From positions 364 through 64,363 of the forward strand of contig JBOGRO010000050.1 of NCBI GenBank assembly GCA_050749465.1: 64,000 bases of DNA, read 5' to 3'. Each line of letters begins with the position of its first letter. The first letter of the stretch is position 1. The translations under genes were made by a program, and so were the position numbers. Under the pieces are notes generated by a model. The model had not been told where the DNA came from. It saw nothing but the letters and a program-made list of their open reading frames with translations, and ran no database searches. Of this stretch, positions 37,253-47,128 are shown in pieces. The DNA comes from Thermoplasmata archaeon. Lineage in GTDB: Archaea > Thermoplasmatota > Thermoplasmata > Lutacidiplasmatales > UBA184.

Positions 37253-38097
37253 TGGATCGACGGCTGACCCGGGAAGCCCTCCGCCTGATGGAAGCCCACC
37301 AGTCGTTCGTGTGCGCCACCGTGGTGCGCGCGACCGGCTCCGTGCCCGGGAAGCAGGGCGCGTCGATGCTCGTCCGCGGCGACGGGTCGATCGTCGGCAC
37401 GGTCGGAGGCGCCGCGCTCGAAGAGCGAGTCAAAGAGCTCGCCACCCGCGCGTTCGCCGAACGGACCGGTGACCTCCACCACTTCGACCTCCAGGCGTGG
37501 ACTCCGGGCGGGCTCCCCAGCCTCTGCGGCGGGTCGGTCGACATCGCGATCGAGTACCTGCCCGCGCGGCCGAACCTCCTCCTGTGGGGCGGCGGTCACG
37601 TGGCGCACGCCCTCGCCGCCCTCCTTCCGACGCTCGAGTACGACTTCAGCGTGGCCGACGACCGGGCGGACTGGGTCGGCGCCGACCGGTTTCCCGCCGC
37701 CGAGCGGCGCGAGGTCGTCGAGCCCGACCGGCTCTGGACGGTCTTCGAACCGGCCTCGTTCACGCACCTCTACCTGCTCGGGTACGACGCAATGAAGGAC
37801 CTCGAGGTCCTCGCGGGCGCGATCGAGCGCTTTCCGAACGCGATCGGCGTGATCGCGAGCGCGGCGAAGCGCGAGCACCTGTTCGCGTCGCTCCGAGGCC
37901 GCGGAGTGCCCCGAGAGGCCCTCGCCCGGGTCCACTCCCCAGTGGGCCTCGAGATCGGCGCCCAGAGCCCGTCCGAGATCGCGGTGAGCATCGTCGCGGA
38001 GCTCGTGCGCGAACTGCACCCCGCGACACTACCTACTGCCTCGCGTGAGCCTCGCCGAATCCCTCCGGAGGACGATGTCGTCTCCCGATCCACTTAG
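37252..38097 (+). CDS. XdhC/CoxI-family molybdoenzyme maturation factor
   Basis: ATG overlaps the mocA stop (TGATG). FVCATVVRATGSVPGKQGASMLV..GTVGGAALE, and Rossmann-like LLLWGGGHVAHAL. Confidence 0.8.
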   Translation: MDRRLTREALRLMEAHQSFVCATVVRATGSVPGKQGASMLVRGDGSIVGTVGGAALEERVKELATRAFAERTGDLHHFDLQAWTPGGLPSLCGGSVDIAIEYLPARPNLLLWGGGHVAHALAALLPTLEYDFSVADDRADWVGADRFPAAERREVVEPDRLWTVFEPASFTHLYLLGYDAMKDLEVLAGAIERFPNAIGVIASAAKREHLFASLRGRGVPREALARVHSPVGLEIGAQSPSEIAVSIVAELVRELHPATLPTASREPRRIPPEDDVVSRST

Positions 38098-38548
38098 GTT
38101 CCGGCTGAACGGCCATCCGCTCGAGGCGCCGTGCCCGGCGCCCCGGATCCTCCTCGACTTCCTCCGCGAGGACCTCCAGCTCACGGGGACGAAGCGCGGC
38201 TGCGACCTCGGCACCTGCGGCTGTTGCACCGTCCTGCTCGACGGCCGCCCGACCTTGAGCTGCCTCACGCTCGCGCGGCTCGCGGAGGGGCACGAGGTCA
38301 CGACGATCGAGGGACTTTCGCCGCCACAAGGGCTCTCGCCGGTCCAGAGCGCGTTCGTCGCCCACGGGGCGACGCAGTGCGGGTTCTGCACCCCCGGATT
38401 CGTCGTCACCGCGACCGCGCTCCTCCGAGAGCACCCCCACCCGAGCCGCGACGAGGTGGTCCGCGCGATCTCGGGTAACCTGTGCCGGTGCACCGGCTAC
38501 ACGAAGATCATCGAGGCGATCGAGGCCGCGGCCCGGGGAGAGAGCTGA
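38075..38548 (+). CDS. [2Fe-2S]-binding small subunit of a xanthine dehydrogenase/CO dehydrogenase-family molybdoenzyme
   Basis: GTKRGCDLGTCGCCTV and QCGFCTPG..CRCTGY. GGAG lies 5 nt upstream of ATG 38075. Confidence 0.9.
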   Translation: MSSPDPLRFRLNGHPLEAPCPAPRILLDFLREDLQLTGTKRGCDLGTCGCCTVLLDGRPTLSCLTLARLAEGHEVTTIEGLSPPQGLSPVQSAFVAHGATQCGFCTPGFVVTATALLREHPHPSRDEVVRAISGNLCRCTGYTKIIEAIEAAARGES

Positions 38549-40872
38549 TGGCGACGGCGCCGCCCCCGCAGTACCGGCTCCTCGGCGGCCGCATCCCGTA
38601 CGTCGAGGGCCCGCTCAAGGTCACCGGCCGTGCGGAGTACACCGACGACATTCGGAGACCCGGAATGCTCGTCGCGCGCCTCCTGAGGAGCCCGTGGCCG
38701 CACGCGCGGCTGCGGTCGATCGAGACGAGCCGTGCCCGGGCGCTTCCCGGGGTCTTCGCGGTCCTGACGGGGGAGCGGTACCCGACCCCGTTCGGGGTCC
38801 TGCCGATCACGCATGACGAGACCGCGATCGCGGTCGGCAAGGCGCGGTACAACGGCGACATCCTCGCCGCCGTCGCCGCCCAGGACGAGGTGACCGCCGA
38901 GGCGGCGCTCGCGCTCATCCGATGCGACGTCGAGGAACTGCCCGAGTACTCCGACCCGCGCGGGGGTCTCTCGAAGGTCGTCGAGCCGATCCACGCGCGC
39001 GGCCTCAACGGTACGAACATCCAGAAGGAGGTCGTCCAGCACTTCGGGGACGTCGACGCCGCGTTCGCCCACGCGGCCCACTCGGTGCGCGTCCGCGGCA
39101 CGTTCGCCGGCGTGACCCATGCGTTCACCGAGCCGCTCGCGACGATCGCCGAGGCGACCCCGGACGGGCGATTGACCGTCTGGAGCGCGACGCAGGTACC
39201 CCACTACCTTCACCGCTCCCTCTCCGAGGTCCTCGGGATCCCGATGCACCGGATCCGCGTCATCAAGCCCGAGGTCGGCGGCGGCTTCGGAGGGAAGTCG
39301 GACCCCCTCCCGCATGAGATCGTCTGCGCGGCGCTCGCGATCGAGACCGGCCGACCGGTCAAGCTCCTGGTCGACCGGGAGGACGTATTCTACACCAACC
39401 ACGGCCGCCATCCGACGCAGAACGACGTGCGGATCGCGATGGACGCGGACGGCCGGATCCTCGCCTACGACATCGAGGCGCTGATCGACGGCGGGGCGTG
39501 GAGCTCGTTCGGGACCGTCACGACCTACTACAACGGCGTCCTCTCGATGGGCCCGTACCGGGTCCCGAACTTCCGGTACAAGGGCCGCCGGGTCTACACG
39601 AATCGGCCGCCGTCCGGCGCGATGCGCGCTCACGGGGGCACGAACATCCGCTACTCGGTCGAGGTCGCCCTCGACCAGCTCGCCGAACGGCTCGGCGTCG
39701 ACCCGTTCGAACTGCGGGAACGGAACGCCCTCCCGCCGAACTCGACGACCGTCAACGACTTCCGGATCACCTCGACGTCGTTCCGGAAGTGCCTGGTCGC
39801 GGCGCGGGAGAAGAGCGGCTGGGACGCGAAGTTCCGCCGGCTGCCGTACGGGAAGGGGATCGGCCTCGGGTGCGGCTTCTACATCTCGGGTTCGAACAGC
39901 CCGATCCATTTCACGCCGAAGATGCCGCAATCGACCGTTCACTTGAAGGTGGACATGGACGGTGGCATCGCCGTCCACTCGATGCAGGCCGACATCGGGC
40001 AGGGGTCGAACACGCTCCTTGCCGCGATCGTCGCCGAAGTCCTCGGGGTCGACCTCGAGCGCGTCCACGTTCAGCGCGTCGACTCCGACGTGAGCCCGAT
40101 CGACATCGGGTCGTACTCGAGCCGGGTGACGTTCATGATGGGCAACGCCGCGCGGGCCGCGGCCGAGGAACTGAAGGGAAAGCTCGTCGCCGCCGCCGCC
40201 GAGCTCCTCGGCCGGCCCGTGGGGTCGATCGAGGTCGTCCGGGAGCGCTACCAGGTCCGCGGCGAGCCCACGGTCGGCGTCTCGTTCCTCGAGGCGCTGC
40301 ACCGGGCGATGGAGCGGGCCGGCGCGCTCACCGCGAGCGGGTCGTACGACACGACGCCAAAGGGCGGGACGTTCAAGGGTGCCCGCGCCGGAACGGCACC
40401 GGCGTATTCCTTCGCGGCGTACGTCGCCCAGGTCGACGTCGACGTTGACACCGGCGAGTACCGCGTCGAGAAGATCTGGGCCGGCTTCGACTGCGGCCGG
40501 GCGCTCAACCGGCTCGCGGTCGAGGGCCAGATCGAGGGGTCGATCCATATGGGCCTCGGCCAGGTCCTCGGCGAGTCGATGAACTACCGGGGGACCCGAT
40601 TGTTCAACCCGTCGCTCCTCGAATACAAGATCCCGACACCCTCCCAGATGCCCGAGGTCGAGATCCTGCTCGTCGGGGACGACGACCCCGAGGGCCCGTT
40701 CGGCGCGAAGGAGGCGGGGGAAGGTCCCCTCATCGCCACCCTTCCCGCGGTCGGCAACGCCCTCTACGACGCCCTCGGTGTCCGGTTCACGGAGCTCCCG
40801 ATCACGCCGGACCGCGTCGTCCGCGGGATCGACCAACGGCAGAAGGAGGGTCGACCCTGGAAGGGGTCGTAG
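38548..40872 (+). CDS. molybdopterin-binding large subunit (aldehyde oxidase/xanthine dehydrogenase family)
   Basis: 775 aa. KVTGRAEYTDD.., GGGFGGK, ..AKEAGEGPL. Confidence 0.9.
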   Translation: MATAPPPQYRLLGGRIPYVEGPLKVTGRAEYTDDIRRPGMLVARLLRSPWPHARLRSIETSRARALPGVFAVLTGERYPTPFGVLPITHDETAIAVGKARYNGDILAAVAAQDEVTAEAALALIRCDVEELPEYSDPRGGLSKVVEPIHARGLNGTNIQKEVVQHFGDVDAAFAHAAHSVRVRGTFAGVTHAFTEPLATIAEATPDGRLTVWSATQVPHYLHRSLSEVLGIPMHRIRVIKPEVGGGFGGKSDPLPHEIVCAALAIETGRPVKLLVDREDVFYTNHGRHPTQNDVRIAMDADGRILAYDIEALIDGGAWSSFGTVTTYYNGVLSMGPYRVPNFRYKGRRVYTNRPPSGAMRAHGGTNIRYSVEVALDQLAERLGVDPFELRERNALPPNSTTVNDFRITSTSFRKCLVAAREKSGWDAKFRRLPYGKGIGLGCGFYISGSNSPIHFTPKMPQSTVHLKVDMDGGIAVHSMQADIGQGSNTLLAAIVAEVLGVDLERVHVQRVDSDVSPIDIGSYSSRVTFMMGNAARAAAEELKGKLVAAAAELLGRPVGSIEVVRERYQVRGEPTVGVSFLEALHRAMERAGALTASGSYDTTPKGGTFKGARAGTAPAYSFAAYVAQVDVDVDTGEYRVEKIWAGFDCGRALNRLAVEGQIEGSIHMGLGQVLGESMNYRGTRLFNPSLLEYKIPTPSQMPEVEILLVGDDDPEGPFGAKEAGEGPLIATLPAVGNALYDALGVRFTELPITPDRVVRGIDQRQKEGRPWKGS

Positions 40873-40876
40873 CGCG

Positions 40877-41863
40877 ATGCACCTCGACCCGTTCGAACTT
40901 CACCGACCGACGTCGCTCGACGCGACGCTCCGCCTCGCGGGCGACCTCGCCGGCCACTTCGATTACCTCGCTGGCGGGACCGACCTCCTGCCGAACTACA
41001 AGATGCACATCAATCTCCGCCCGCACCTGATCGCGCTGGACGCGGTCCCCGAGCTCGGCGGGCACTCGACCGAGCGGATCGGCGCGATGGAGCGCCTCGC
41101 CGACCTCGAGCGAGACGCGGCGCTCTGCGGCGCGTACCCCGCGCTCGCGGATGCCCTCGGCGAGGTCGCGACGCCGCTCGTCCGGGCGAGCGGCACGCTC
41201 GGCGGCAACCTCCTCGTGGAGACGCGGTGCTTCTTCTTCAACCAGAGCTACTTCTGGCGCGCGAGCCTCGGCTTCTGCCTCAAGGCGGACGGCGACCGCT
41301 GCCACGTCGTCCCGCAGAAGGAGCGCTGCTACGCGACGTTCTCCGGCGACCTCGCCCCCGCGCTCCTCGCCCTGGACGCGGAGGTCGAGGTCGCGGGCCC
41401 GTCGGGCCGGCGACGGATGGCCCTCGGCGGCCTCTACGACGGCCAGGGCGACGGGATCCGGCGGACGCGGCTCGCCGCCGGCGAGGTCGTCGTGGCGGTC
41501 CACCTGTCCGCGGGGGCACGCGGGCTCCGGGGGCGGTACAAGAAGCTCCGCGTCCGGCCGTCGTACGACTTCCCCGAGCTCGGCGTCGCGGTCGCGGGCC
41601 GCTGGGAGCCGGGGGGCCGAGTGGAGCGCCTCCGCCTCGCGATCGGCGGGGCCGAGTCGTACCCGCGCCGGTTCGACGACCTCACCGACGCGCTCGCCGG
41701 GTCGACCCTCTCGGAGGAGCGCGTTCGCGCGCTCGGCGACGCGGTCGCCGCCCGGGTCCGTCCGGTCCACAACACCTTCCTCCTGCCGGACTACCGCCGG
41801 CGCATGATCGCGGTCTACCTCCGGCGCGCGATCGCCGAAGCCCGCGAGGGAACGGCGGCATGA
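40877..41863 (+). CDS. FAD-binding medium subunit (CoxM/XdhB-like)
   Basis: ..DYLAGGTDLLPNYK.., ..SGTLGGNL... Confidence 0.85.
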   Translation: MHLDPFELHRPTSLDATLRLAGDLAGHFDYLAGGTDLLPNYKMHINLRPHLIALDAVPELGGHSTERIGAMERLADLERDAALCGAYPALADALGEVATPLVRASGTLGGNLLVETRCFFFNQSYFWRASLGFCLKADGDRCHVVPQKERCYATFSGDLAPALLALDAEVEVAGPSGRRRMALGGLYDGQGDGIRRTRLAAGEVVVAVHLSAGARGLRGRYKKLRVRPSYDFPELGVAVAGRWEPGGRVERLRLAIGGAESYPRRFDDLTDALAGSTLSEERVRALGDAVAARVRPVHNTFLLPDYRRRMIAVYLRRAIAEAREGTAA

Positions 41864-42345
41864 CGGAGGCGGTGCGGTTCGCCCTCGTGCCGCTCGACGC
41901 GTTGCGCGCCCACGAGCGCGTCGTTCCCCGAAAGGTGACGCGGCTCGTCGCCGAGCTCCGCCGGAGCGGGGTGTTCGTCGACCCGATCTGGGTCGCGCGC
42001 GGGACCGACGTGATCCTGAACGGCCACCACCGCGTCGCGGCGCTGCGCCGGCTCGGCGCGGAGCGCGTCCCCGCCTGGGTCGTCGACTACGACTCCGACG
42101 TCGTCTCGCTCGACCGGTGGACCCCGGGCCCGCCGATCCCCAAGGCCGAGGTCGTTCGCCGCGCGCGGTCGGGGGCGCTCTTCCCGCCGCGCACGACGCG
42201 CCACACGTTCTCGGTCGAGCTCCCGGCGCGGCGGACGACGCTCTCCGAGCTCGGGACCGCCAACGGGAGCTTGGTTCGGAGGCCTCACGCGCGGCGCGCC
42301 GGCGCAGCCCGCGCGTCGCGGGCCGGATCATCGCCGCCCGGGTAG
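41860..42345 (+). CDS. ParB/sulfiredoxin-like domain protein
   Basis: ATG 41860 overlaps the CoxM stop (ATGA). ..LRAHERV..VILNGHHRVAALRRLG. Confidence 0.6.
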   Translation: MTEAVRFALVPLDALRAHERVVPRKVTRLVAELRRSGVFVDPIWVARGTDVILNGHHRVAALRRLGAERVPAWVVDYDSDVVSLDRWTPGPPIPKAEVVRRARSGALFPPRTTRHTFSVELPARRTTLSELGTANGSLVRRPHARRAGAARASRAGSSPPG

Positions 42346-42944
42346 GGGAGCGGCAGCGCCCCTCGCGCGAACCGACGAACGGTCGTCGCGAGCAGCTCGA
42401 CCTCGACCGGTCGCAGTCGCTCGCGGAGCGTTTCGGGCGTGTCGCCGGCGAGGATGGGGAGCCGCGCCTGCGCGACGACCGGACCGCCGTCGACCGCGCC
42501 CGTGACGAGGTGGACGGTCGCACCCGTCTCCCGCTCGCCGGCGGCGAGGACCGCCTCGTGGACCCGCCGGCCGTACATCCCCTTCCCGCCGTAGCGCGGC
42601 AGGAGCGAGGGGTGGAGGTTGACGGCGCGGCCGCGCCAGTGCTCGACCCACTCCGACGGGAGGATCGACAGGAAGCCCGCGAGGACGACGAGGTCGACCC
42701 CGTGGCGAGCGAGCTCGGCGGTGACGGCGCGCGCCCACTCGTTGCGGTCCCGGCCGTGCGCTGGCAGGACGACGGTCTCGAGCCCGCGGGCGCGCACGCG
42801 GTCGAGGACGGCGGCGCCGGGCCGGTCGACGACGACGAGCGCGATCCGCGCCTCCTCGGGCGGGATGGCGAGCGCGACGGCGAGTCCTTCCGCCGTCGTT
42901 CCCTCGCCCGACGCGAGGACTCCGACCCGGAGCCGGGCGGCCAT
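42285..42944 (-). CDS. purN: phosphoribosylglycinamide formyltransferase
   Basis: VGVLASGEGT.., LVVLAGFLSIL, NLHPSLLPRYGG, ..TGATVHLVTGAVDGGP. Confidence 0.9.
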   Translation of the reverse strand: MAARLRVGVLASGEGTTAEGLAVALAIPPEEARIALVVVDRPGAAVLDRVRARGLETVVLPAHGRDRNEWARAVTAELARHGVDLVVLAGFLSILPSEWVEHWRGRAVNLHPSLLPRYGGKGMYGRRVHEAVLAAGERETGATVHLVTGAVDGGPVVAQARLPILAGDTPETLRERLRPVEVELLATTVRRFARGALPLPYPGGDDPARDARAAPARRA

Positions 42945-42964
42945 GCCCTGAACGAGCGGGCCGG

Positions 42965-44341
42965 CTAGAAGAGGGTGGCGGAGGTGAACCGGAACGACTT
43001 CGTCAGGAGTGCCGGGCACGTCGCGGCGGAGCCGGCGCGCTCCGAGCCGTAGCACCGGCGCGCCCGCCCGAGCATTTCCGTGCCCCGGAGGGCGACGAGG
43101 ACGCTCTCGGTGAAGCGGAGGTTCCGCGCCGGCCCGGCGATCTCGCCGTGCTCGATCCGGTACGTCCCATCGCGGGTCATCCCGGTGATGATCCCGCGCC
43201 CGGGGTCGACGACCCGCACGTAGTGGAAGCGCGTGACCAGGAGGCCCCTCCGTGTCGCGCGCACGAGGTCGTCCTCGCTCGCGTCCCCTCCGTCGAGGAG
43301 GAGATGGGTCGGGATCGGCCCCATGTCCCCGTACGGGGACTCCGGTGGGAGGGCGTGGCCGGTGAGCGGACGGCCGAGACGGCCGGAGGTGACGACGTCC
43401 GTGACCGCCGGCCCCACGACGCCGTGGTCGATCAAAGGGGTCGTGCGCGTGGCGGTCCCTTCGTAATCGATCCCGGACGGCAACGACGCGTTCGAGCGCG
43501 CGTCGTCGACGAGGTGGACGGTCGTCGGGGCGATGCGGCGACCCCGCTGGCGGCGGAGGCAGCTCCATCCCCGCTCTTCCGCGACCCCCCCGAACCCCAT
43601 CATCGCGAGGTACGACACGAGGTCGGCGACCGCCGACCCCCGGAGGACGACCCGGTACGCGCCCGGCGCTACCGCGGCGGGCGGCGTGCGGGCGATGCGC
43701 TCCGCGGCTTCCCGCCCTTGTCGGTCCGGCTCCAACCGCGCGACATCCCAGTGCGCTCCTTCCGACCAGCCCGAGACCGGTGGGTCGCGCTCCGGGCGGT
43801 CGGCGAGGACGCTCGACTGCGCCGCGGAGGTCTCGGTCGTGCGGTCGAGGCCGGCGGTGTTCGCGACCCGCCGCCGCTCGCTCCCCACGTTCACGACCCC
43901 CGCGATGCGGGCGCCGGACGCGTGTGCCTCGGCCGCGGCGAGGATCCGCTCGGCGATCCGCGTAGCCGCCTCGGGGTCGAGGGCCGCGGTCGTGCGCGAG
44001 AACGCGACGGGGCGCGGCCGGGGAGGCCCGTCGCGGGGAAACCCGGGGAATCTCGCCTCGGCGGGCGCGATCCTCGCGAGCGCGCGCGCGGACCGCACGA
44101 CCTCGCGGAGTCCGCCGGGAGAAGTGTCGGTCGTGGTGGCCGTCCCGAGCCGGCGCTCGTCGGCGACGCGCACCGAGAGGTGGACGGTCTCTTCCGCGTG
44201 GGGCTGGTGGATGCGGCTGTTCGCAAATCGGATCGTCGTCCATTTGGACCGGGTCCACCGGACGTCCGCCCCGATGCCGCGGGGGAGGTCGGCGAGGACG
44301 GCGTCGACGGGGTCCTTGCGAGCTGCGGCTCGGGACGCCAT
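42965..44341 (-). CDS. PmbA/TldE-family metalloprotease subunit
   Basis: 458 aa. Paired with and adjacent to TldD. C-terminal ..GMTRDGTYRIEHGEI... Confidence 0.8.
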   Translation of the reverse strand: MASRAAARKDPVDAVLADLPRGIGADVRWTRSKWTTIRFANSRIHQPHAEETVHLSVRVADERRLGTATTTDTSPGGLREVVRSARALARIAPAEARFPGFPRDGPPRPRPVAFSRTTAALDPEAATRIAERILAAAEAHASGARIAGVVNVGSERRRVANTAGLDRTTETSAAQSSVLADRPERDPPVSGWSEGAHWDVARLEPDRQGREAAERIARTPPAAVAPGAYRVVLRGSAVADLVSYLAMMGFGGVAEERGWSCLRRQRGRRIAPTTVHLVDDARSNASLPSGIDYEGTATRTTPLIDHGVVGPAVTDVVTSGRLGRPLTGHALPPESPYGDMGPIPTHLLLDGGDASEDDLVRATRRGLLVTRFHYVRVVDPGRGIITGMTRDGTYRIEHGEIAGPARNLRFTESVLVALRGTEMLGRARRCYGSERAGSAATCPALLTKSFRFTSATLF

Positions 44342-44343
44342 CG

Positions 44344-45795
44344 TCAGGCCCCCCGCACCGAGACGTTCCGGAACCGCGCGACCGGAGCGCCGTGGCTGAC
44401 TCGCGCGACCTGGCCCGGCTGGCCCTTCCCGCAGTTCGGGACCCCCCAGAGCTGCCAGGTCGACGCGTCCCCGACCGCGTCCATCGAGCTCCAGAACTCG
44501 GGGGTCATCCCCGCGTAGATCGGGTTCCGGACGAGGGGGCCGAGCTCGCCGCGGACGATCCGCCGGCCGATCTCGGTGCCGAACTGGAAGTTGAGGCGTT
44601 TGTCGTCGATCGACCAGGACCGGTTCGTCTCCATGTAGACGCCGTCGGAGACCCCCTCGAGGAGGTCCTCCATCGATCGGTCACCGGCCTCGAGGTCGAT
44701 GTTCGTCATCCGGAGGAGCGGCGCGCGATCCGGTCCGTCCGCGCGCGCGGTGCCGCCGGACCGAGCGAGGCCGAGCTGCGAGGCCGATTCGCGGGAGGAG
44801 AGGACGCCGACGAGCTGCCCCGCGCGAACGATCGGGAGCCGCTGCGCCGACACCCCTTCGTCGTCCCACCCGAACGTGCCCAGCCCGCCGGGCTCCGTCG
44901 CGTCGGCGACGACGTTCATGAGCGGACTCCCGTAGCGCAACGAGCCGACGCCCGCCGCGCTCACCCAGCTCGTGCCCGCGTACCCGGACTCGCTCCCGTA
45001 GATCCGGTCGAGTTCGACCGCGTGGCCGACGCTCTCATGGACCTGCAGCGCGAGCTGCGACGAGCCGAGGACGAGCGTGGTGCGTCCGGTGGGGCACGCC
45101 GGCGCGTCGAGCAGTGCCCTCGCCTCGGCGCCGACCTCGGGGGCGCGCTCCTCGAGCGCGAGCGAGCGCAGGAACTCGAAGCCGGCCTGGCGGAAGTTGC
45201 CGCCGAACGACGACGGCGCGCCGCGCCGCTGGACCGATGCACCACGGACCGCGGTCGCGCTGACCCCGCCCCCGACGTGGACGATCCGGGAGCGATAGCG
45301 CGAGCCGTCCGAGGAGCGGTACCACTTGTTCTCCTCCCACGCCTGGATCGACGCGAGCCCGCTCTTGATCTCGGGGCCGACGTGGAGGCGCGCCTCCGCG
45401 TCGCGCAGCCAGCGGACGGTCTCCTCCCGGGAGACGGTGAAGGGGTCCTCCTGCAGCGGCGAGGCGTACCGACCGTTCCTCGGCCCGCGCTCCTCGGTGA
45501 GACGGAGCGGCGCTTTCGCCGAGCGGCTCGCGGCGCGCGCGAGTCGGACCGAGCGCGCCGCCGCGGCGCGCACCCCCGCCGGCGAGAGGTCGGTCGTGCC
45601 GGCGAACCCCCACGCGCGCTCGGTGCGCACGCGAACCCCGAGGCCGGCGTAGCGGCCCGACGTCAGCGCGCTCGCCACCCCATCGCGGACGGCGAGGTGG
45701 AGCGAACGGCCCGGGGCGATCAGCCGCACGTCCGCGGCGGCGATCCCGGATTGTTCGGCCGCGCGGAGCCCCAGGTCGACGAGATCCTCGGTCAC
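44344..45795 (-). CDS. tldD: TldD-family metalloprotease
   Basis: GTG 45795 start (VTEDLVDLGL..). HESVGHAVE zinc motif and ..PNCGKGQPGQ... Confidence 0.85.
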   Translation of the reverse strand: MTEDLVDLGLRAAEQSGIAAADVRLIAPGRSLHLAVRDGVASALTSGRYAGLGVRVRTERAWGFAGTTDLSPAGVRAAAARSVRLARAASRSAKAPLRLTEERGPRNGRYASPLQEDPFTVSREETVRWLRDAEARLHVGPEIKSGLASIQAWEENKWYRSSDGSRYRSRIVHVGGGVSATAVRGASVQRRGAPSSFGGNFRQAGFEFLRSLALEERAPEVGAEARALLDAPACPTGRTTLVLGSSQLALQVHESVGHAVELDRIYGSESGYAGTSWVSAAGVGSLRYGSPLMNVVADATEPGGLGTFGWDDEGVSAQRLPIVRAGQLVGVLSSRESASQLGLARSGGTARADGPDRAPLLRMTNIDLEAGDRSMEDLLEGVSDGVYMETNRSWSIDDKRLNFQFGTEIGRRIVRGELGPLVRNPIYAGMTPEFWSSMDAVGDASTWQLWGVPNCGKGQPGQVARVSHGAPVARFRNVSVRGA

Positions 45796-45845
45796 GGTGG
45801 GTCCGCGGGCCGAACGCCCGGGCGAAGATAAACTTCGGCGCGCGT

Positions 45846-46814
45846 CTACAGCATCACGCGCAGGTTGAGCTTCTCGGTGAGCTCCTTGTATCGGTTGCGG
45901 ATCGTGACCTCGGTGACGCCGGCGACCTCGGCGACCTCGCGCTGGGTACGGCGCTCGCCGCACTGGACGCTCGCGATGTAGATCGCGGCGGCCGCGACGC
46001 CCGTCGGTCCGCGCCCGCTCGTGAGCTCGCGCTCGGTCGCTTCCTTCAGGATCTCGTTCGCCCGCGTCTGGATCTCGCCCTTCAGCTTGAGCTCGGAGCA
46101 GAACCGCTGGATGTAATCCTGCGGGCGCGTGGGCATCAACTTCAGGTGGAGCTCGCGGGTCATGAACCGGTACGTCCGGCCGATCTCCTTGCGACCGATC
46201 CGGGACTTCGACGCGATCTCGTCGAGCGTGCGCGGGACGTTGCACTGCCGGCAGCTTCCGTAGAGCGACGCGGCGACGACGCCCTCGATCGACCGGCCTC
46301 GGATGAGGTTGCGGTTGACGGCCTTGCGGTAGATCATCGCGGCGGTTTCGCGCACGTTGCGCGGGAGCGCCATCCCCGATGCGATCCGGTCGAGCTCCGC
46401 GAGCGCGAACGCGAGGTTGCGCTCGGTCGCGTTCGACACGCGGATCCGCCGCTGCCACTTCCGTAGGCGGTAGAGCTGGGCGCGATTGCGCGTCGGGATC
46501 GACTTACCGTACGGGTCCCGGTTCTTCCAGCCGATCTCGGTCGAGAGCCCCTTATCGTGGATCGTGAGGGTCGTCGGCGCGCCGGTCCGGGCCCTTTTCT
46601 CGCCCTGCTCGGCGTCGAACGCTCGCCAGTCCGGCCCCTGGTCGATCATCGACTCCTCGAGGACGAGACCGCACTCGTCGCAGACGAGCTCCCCGCGCTC
46701 GTAGTCGCGCGTCAGGTGCGTCGACCCGCAGCTCGTGCACCGGGTCGCGACCGCCATGTCCTCAGCGCGCGGGGCGCTCGGCTCGGGGACCGGGGGGACC
46801 TCCTTCTCGGCCAT
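45846..46814 (-). CDS. tfb: transcription initiation factor IIB (TFB)
   Basis: Zn-ribbon [24 protein letters not shown] and two cyclin-fold repeats (..[12 protein letters not shown].., ..[15 protein letters not shown]..). Confidence 0.95.
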   Translation of the reverse strand: MAEKEVPPVPEPSAPRAEDMAVATRCTSCGSTHLTRDYERGELVCDECGLVLEESMIDQGPDWRAFDAEQGEKRARTGAPTTLTIHDKGLSTEIGWKNRDPYGKSIPTRNRAQLYRLRKWQRRIRVSNATERNLAFALAELDRIASGMALPRNVRETAAMIYRKAVNRNLIRGRSIEGVVAASLYGSCRQCNVPRTLDEIASKSRIGRKEIGRTYRFMTRELHLKLMPTRPQDYIQRFCSELKLKGEIQTRANEILKEATERELTSGRGPTGVAAAAIYIASVQCGERRTQREVAEVAGVTEVTIRNRYKELTEKLNLRVML

Positions 46815-46827
46815 CGTTCGCTCGACC

Positions 46828-47094
46828 TCACTCGCGCTCGAGCGTCGCATCGAGGAGCGCGAGCCCCTCGGCGGGGGTCGGCGGTCGGCGGCCCCGCACG
46901 GTGAGGTACGGGCGCTCGACCGGGCCGAAGACCCGAACGACGCGGCCGCGGAAGACCCCGCGCGAGTCGGTGACGAGAGTGCCCTCGGGAACGACGTCGG
47001 GTCCGGGGGCGCGCACCGTGAGGTGCCCGGCGGGCGTGACGGCTTTCACCGCACCGACGTCGCGCGCTGCCGGTCGCACGCCCCCTCGCGACAA
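46828..47094 (-). CDS. gar1: H/ACA RNP protein Gar1
   Basis: ..[41 protein letters not shown]... TTG 47094 (or GTG 47079) lies about 25-30 nt downstream of the TATA. The conserved gar1-tfb adjacency supports the call. Confidence 0.75.
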   Translation of the reverse strand: MSRGGVRPAARDVGAVKAVTPAGHLTVRAPGPDVVPEGTLVTDSRGVFRGRVVRVFGPVERPYLTVRGRRPPTPAEGLALLDATLERE

Positions 47095-47118
47095 GTGGTA
47101 TAAACCACTTGCGATAGG

Positions 47119-47126
47119 TATTTTAA
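47119..47126 (-). promoter_or_regulatory. TATA box (TTAAAATA on the minus strand) for gar1-tfb
   Basis: Isolated AT-rich octamer just upstream of the Gar1 start candidates. Confidence 0.5.
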
Positions 47127-47128
47127 GC

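Noticed and set aside
38497-40836. 779-aa minus-strand ORF, and similar long ORFs at 10717..12240, 11214..13373, 27689..28882, 29519..30694, 40802..42523, 43148..44518, 44392..45831, 15000..16139, 16480..17790, 17895..19409 and 62168..63931
   Set aside because: All lie opposite to or out of frame with genes carrying diagnostic motifs (CoxL, GH15, HK, Hpt protein, CoxM, PmbA, TldD, mutase, Trm11, S2P, SPFH). All have shadow-ORF composition.
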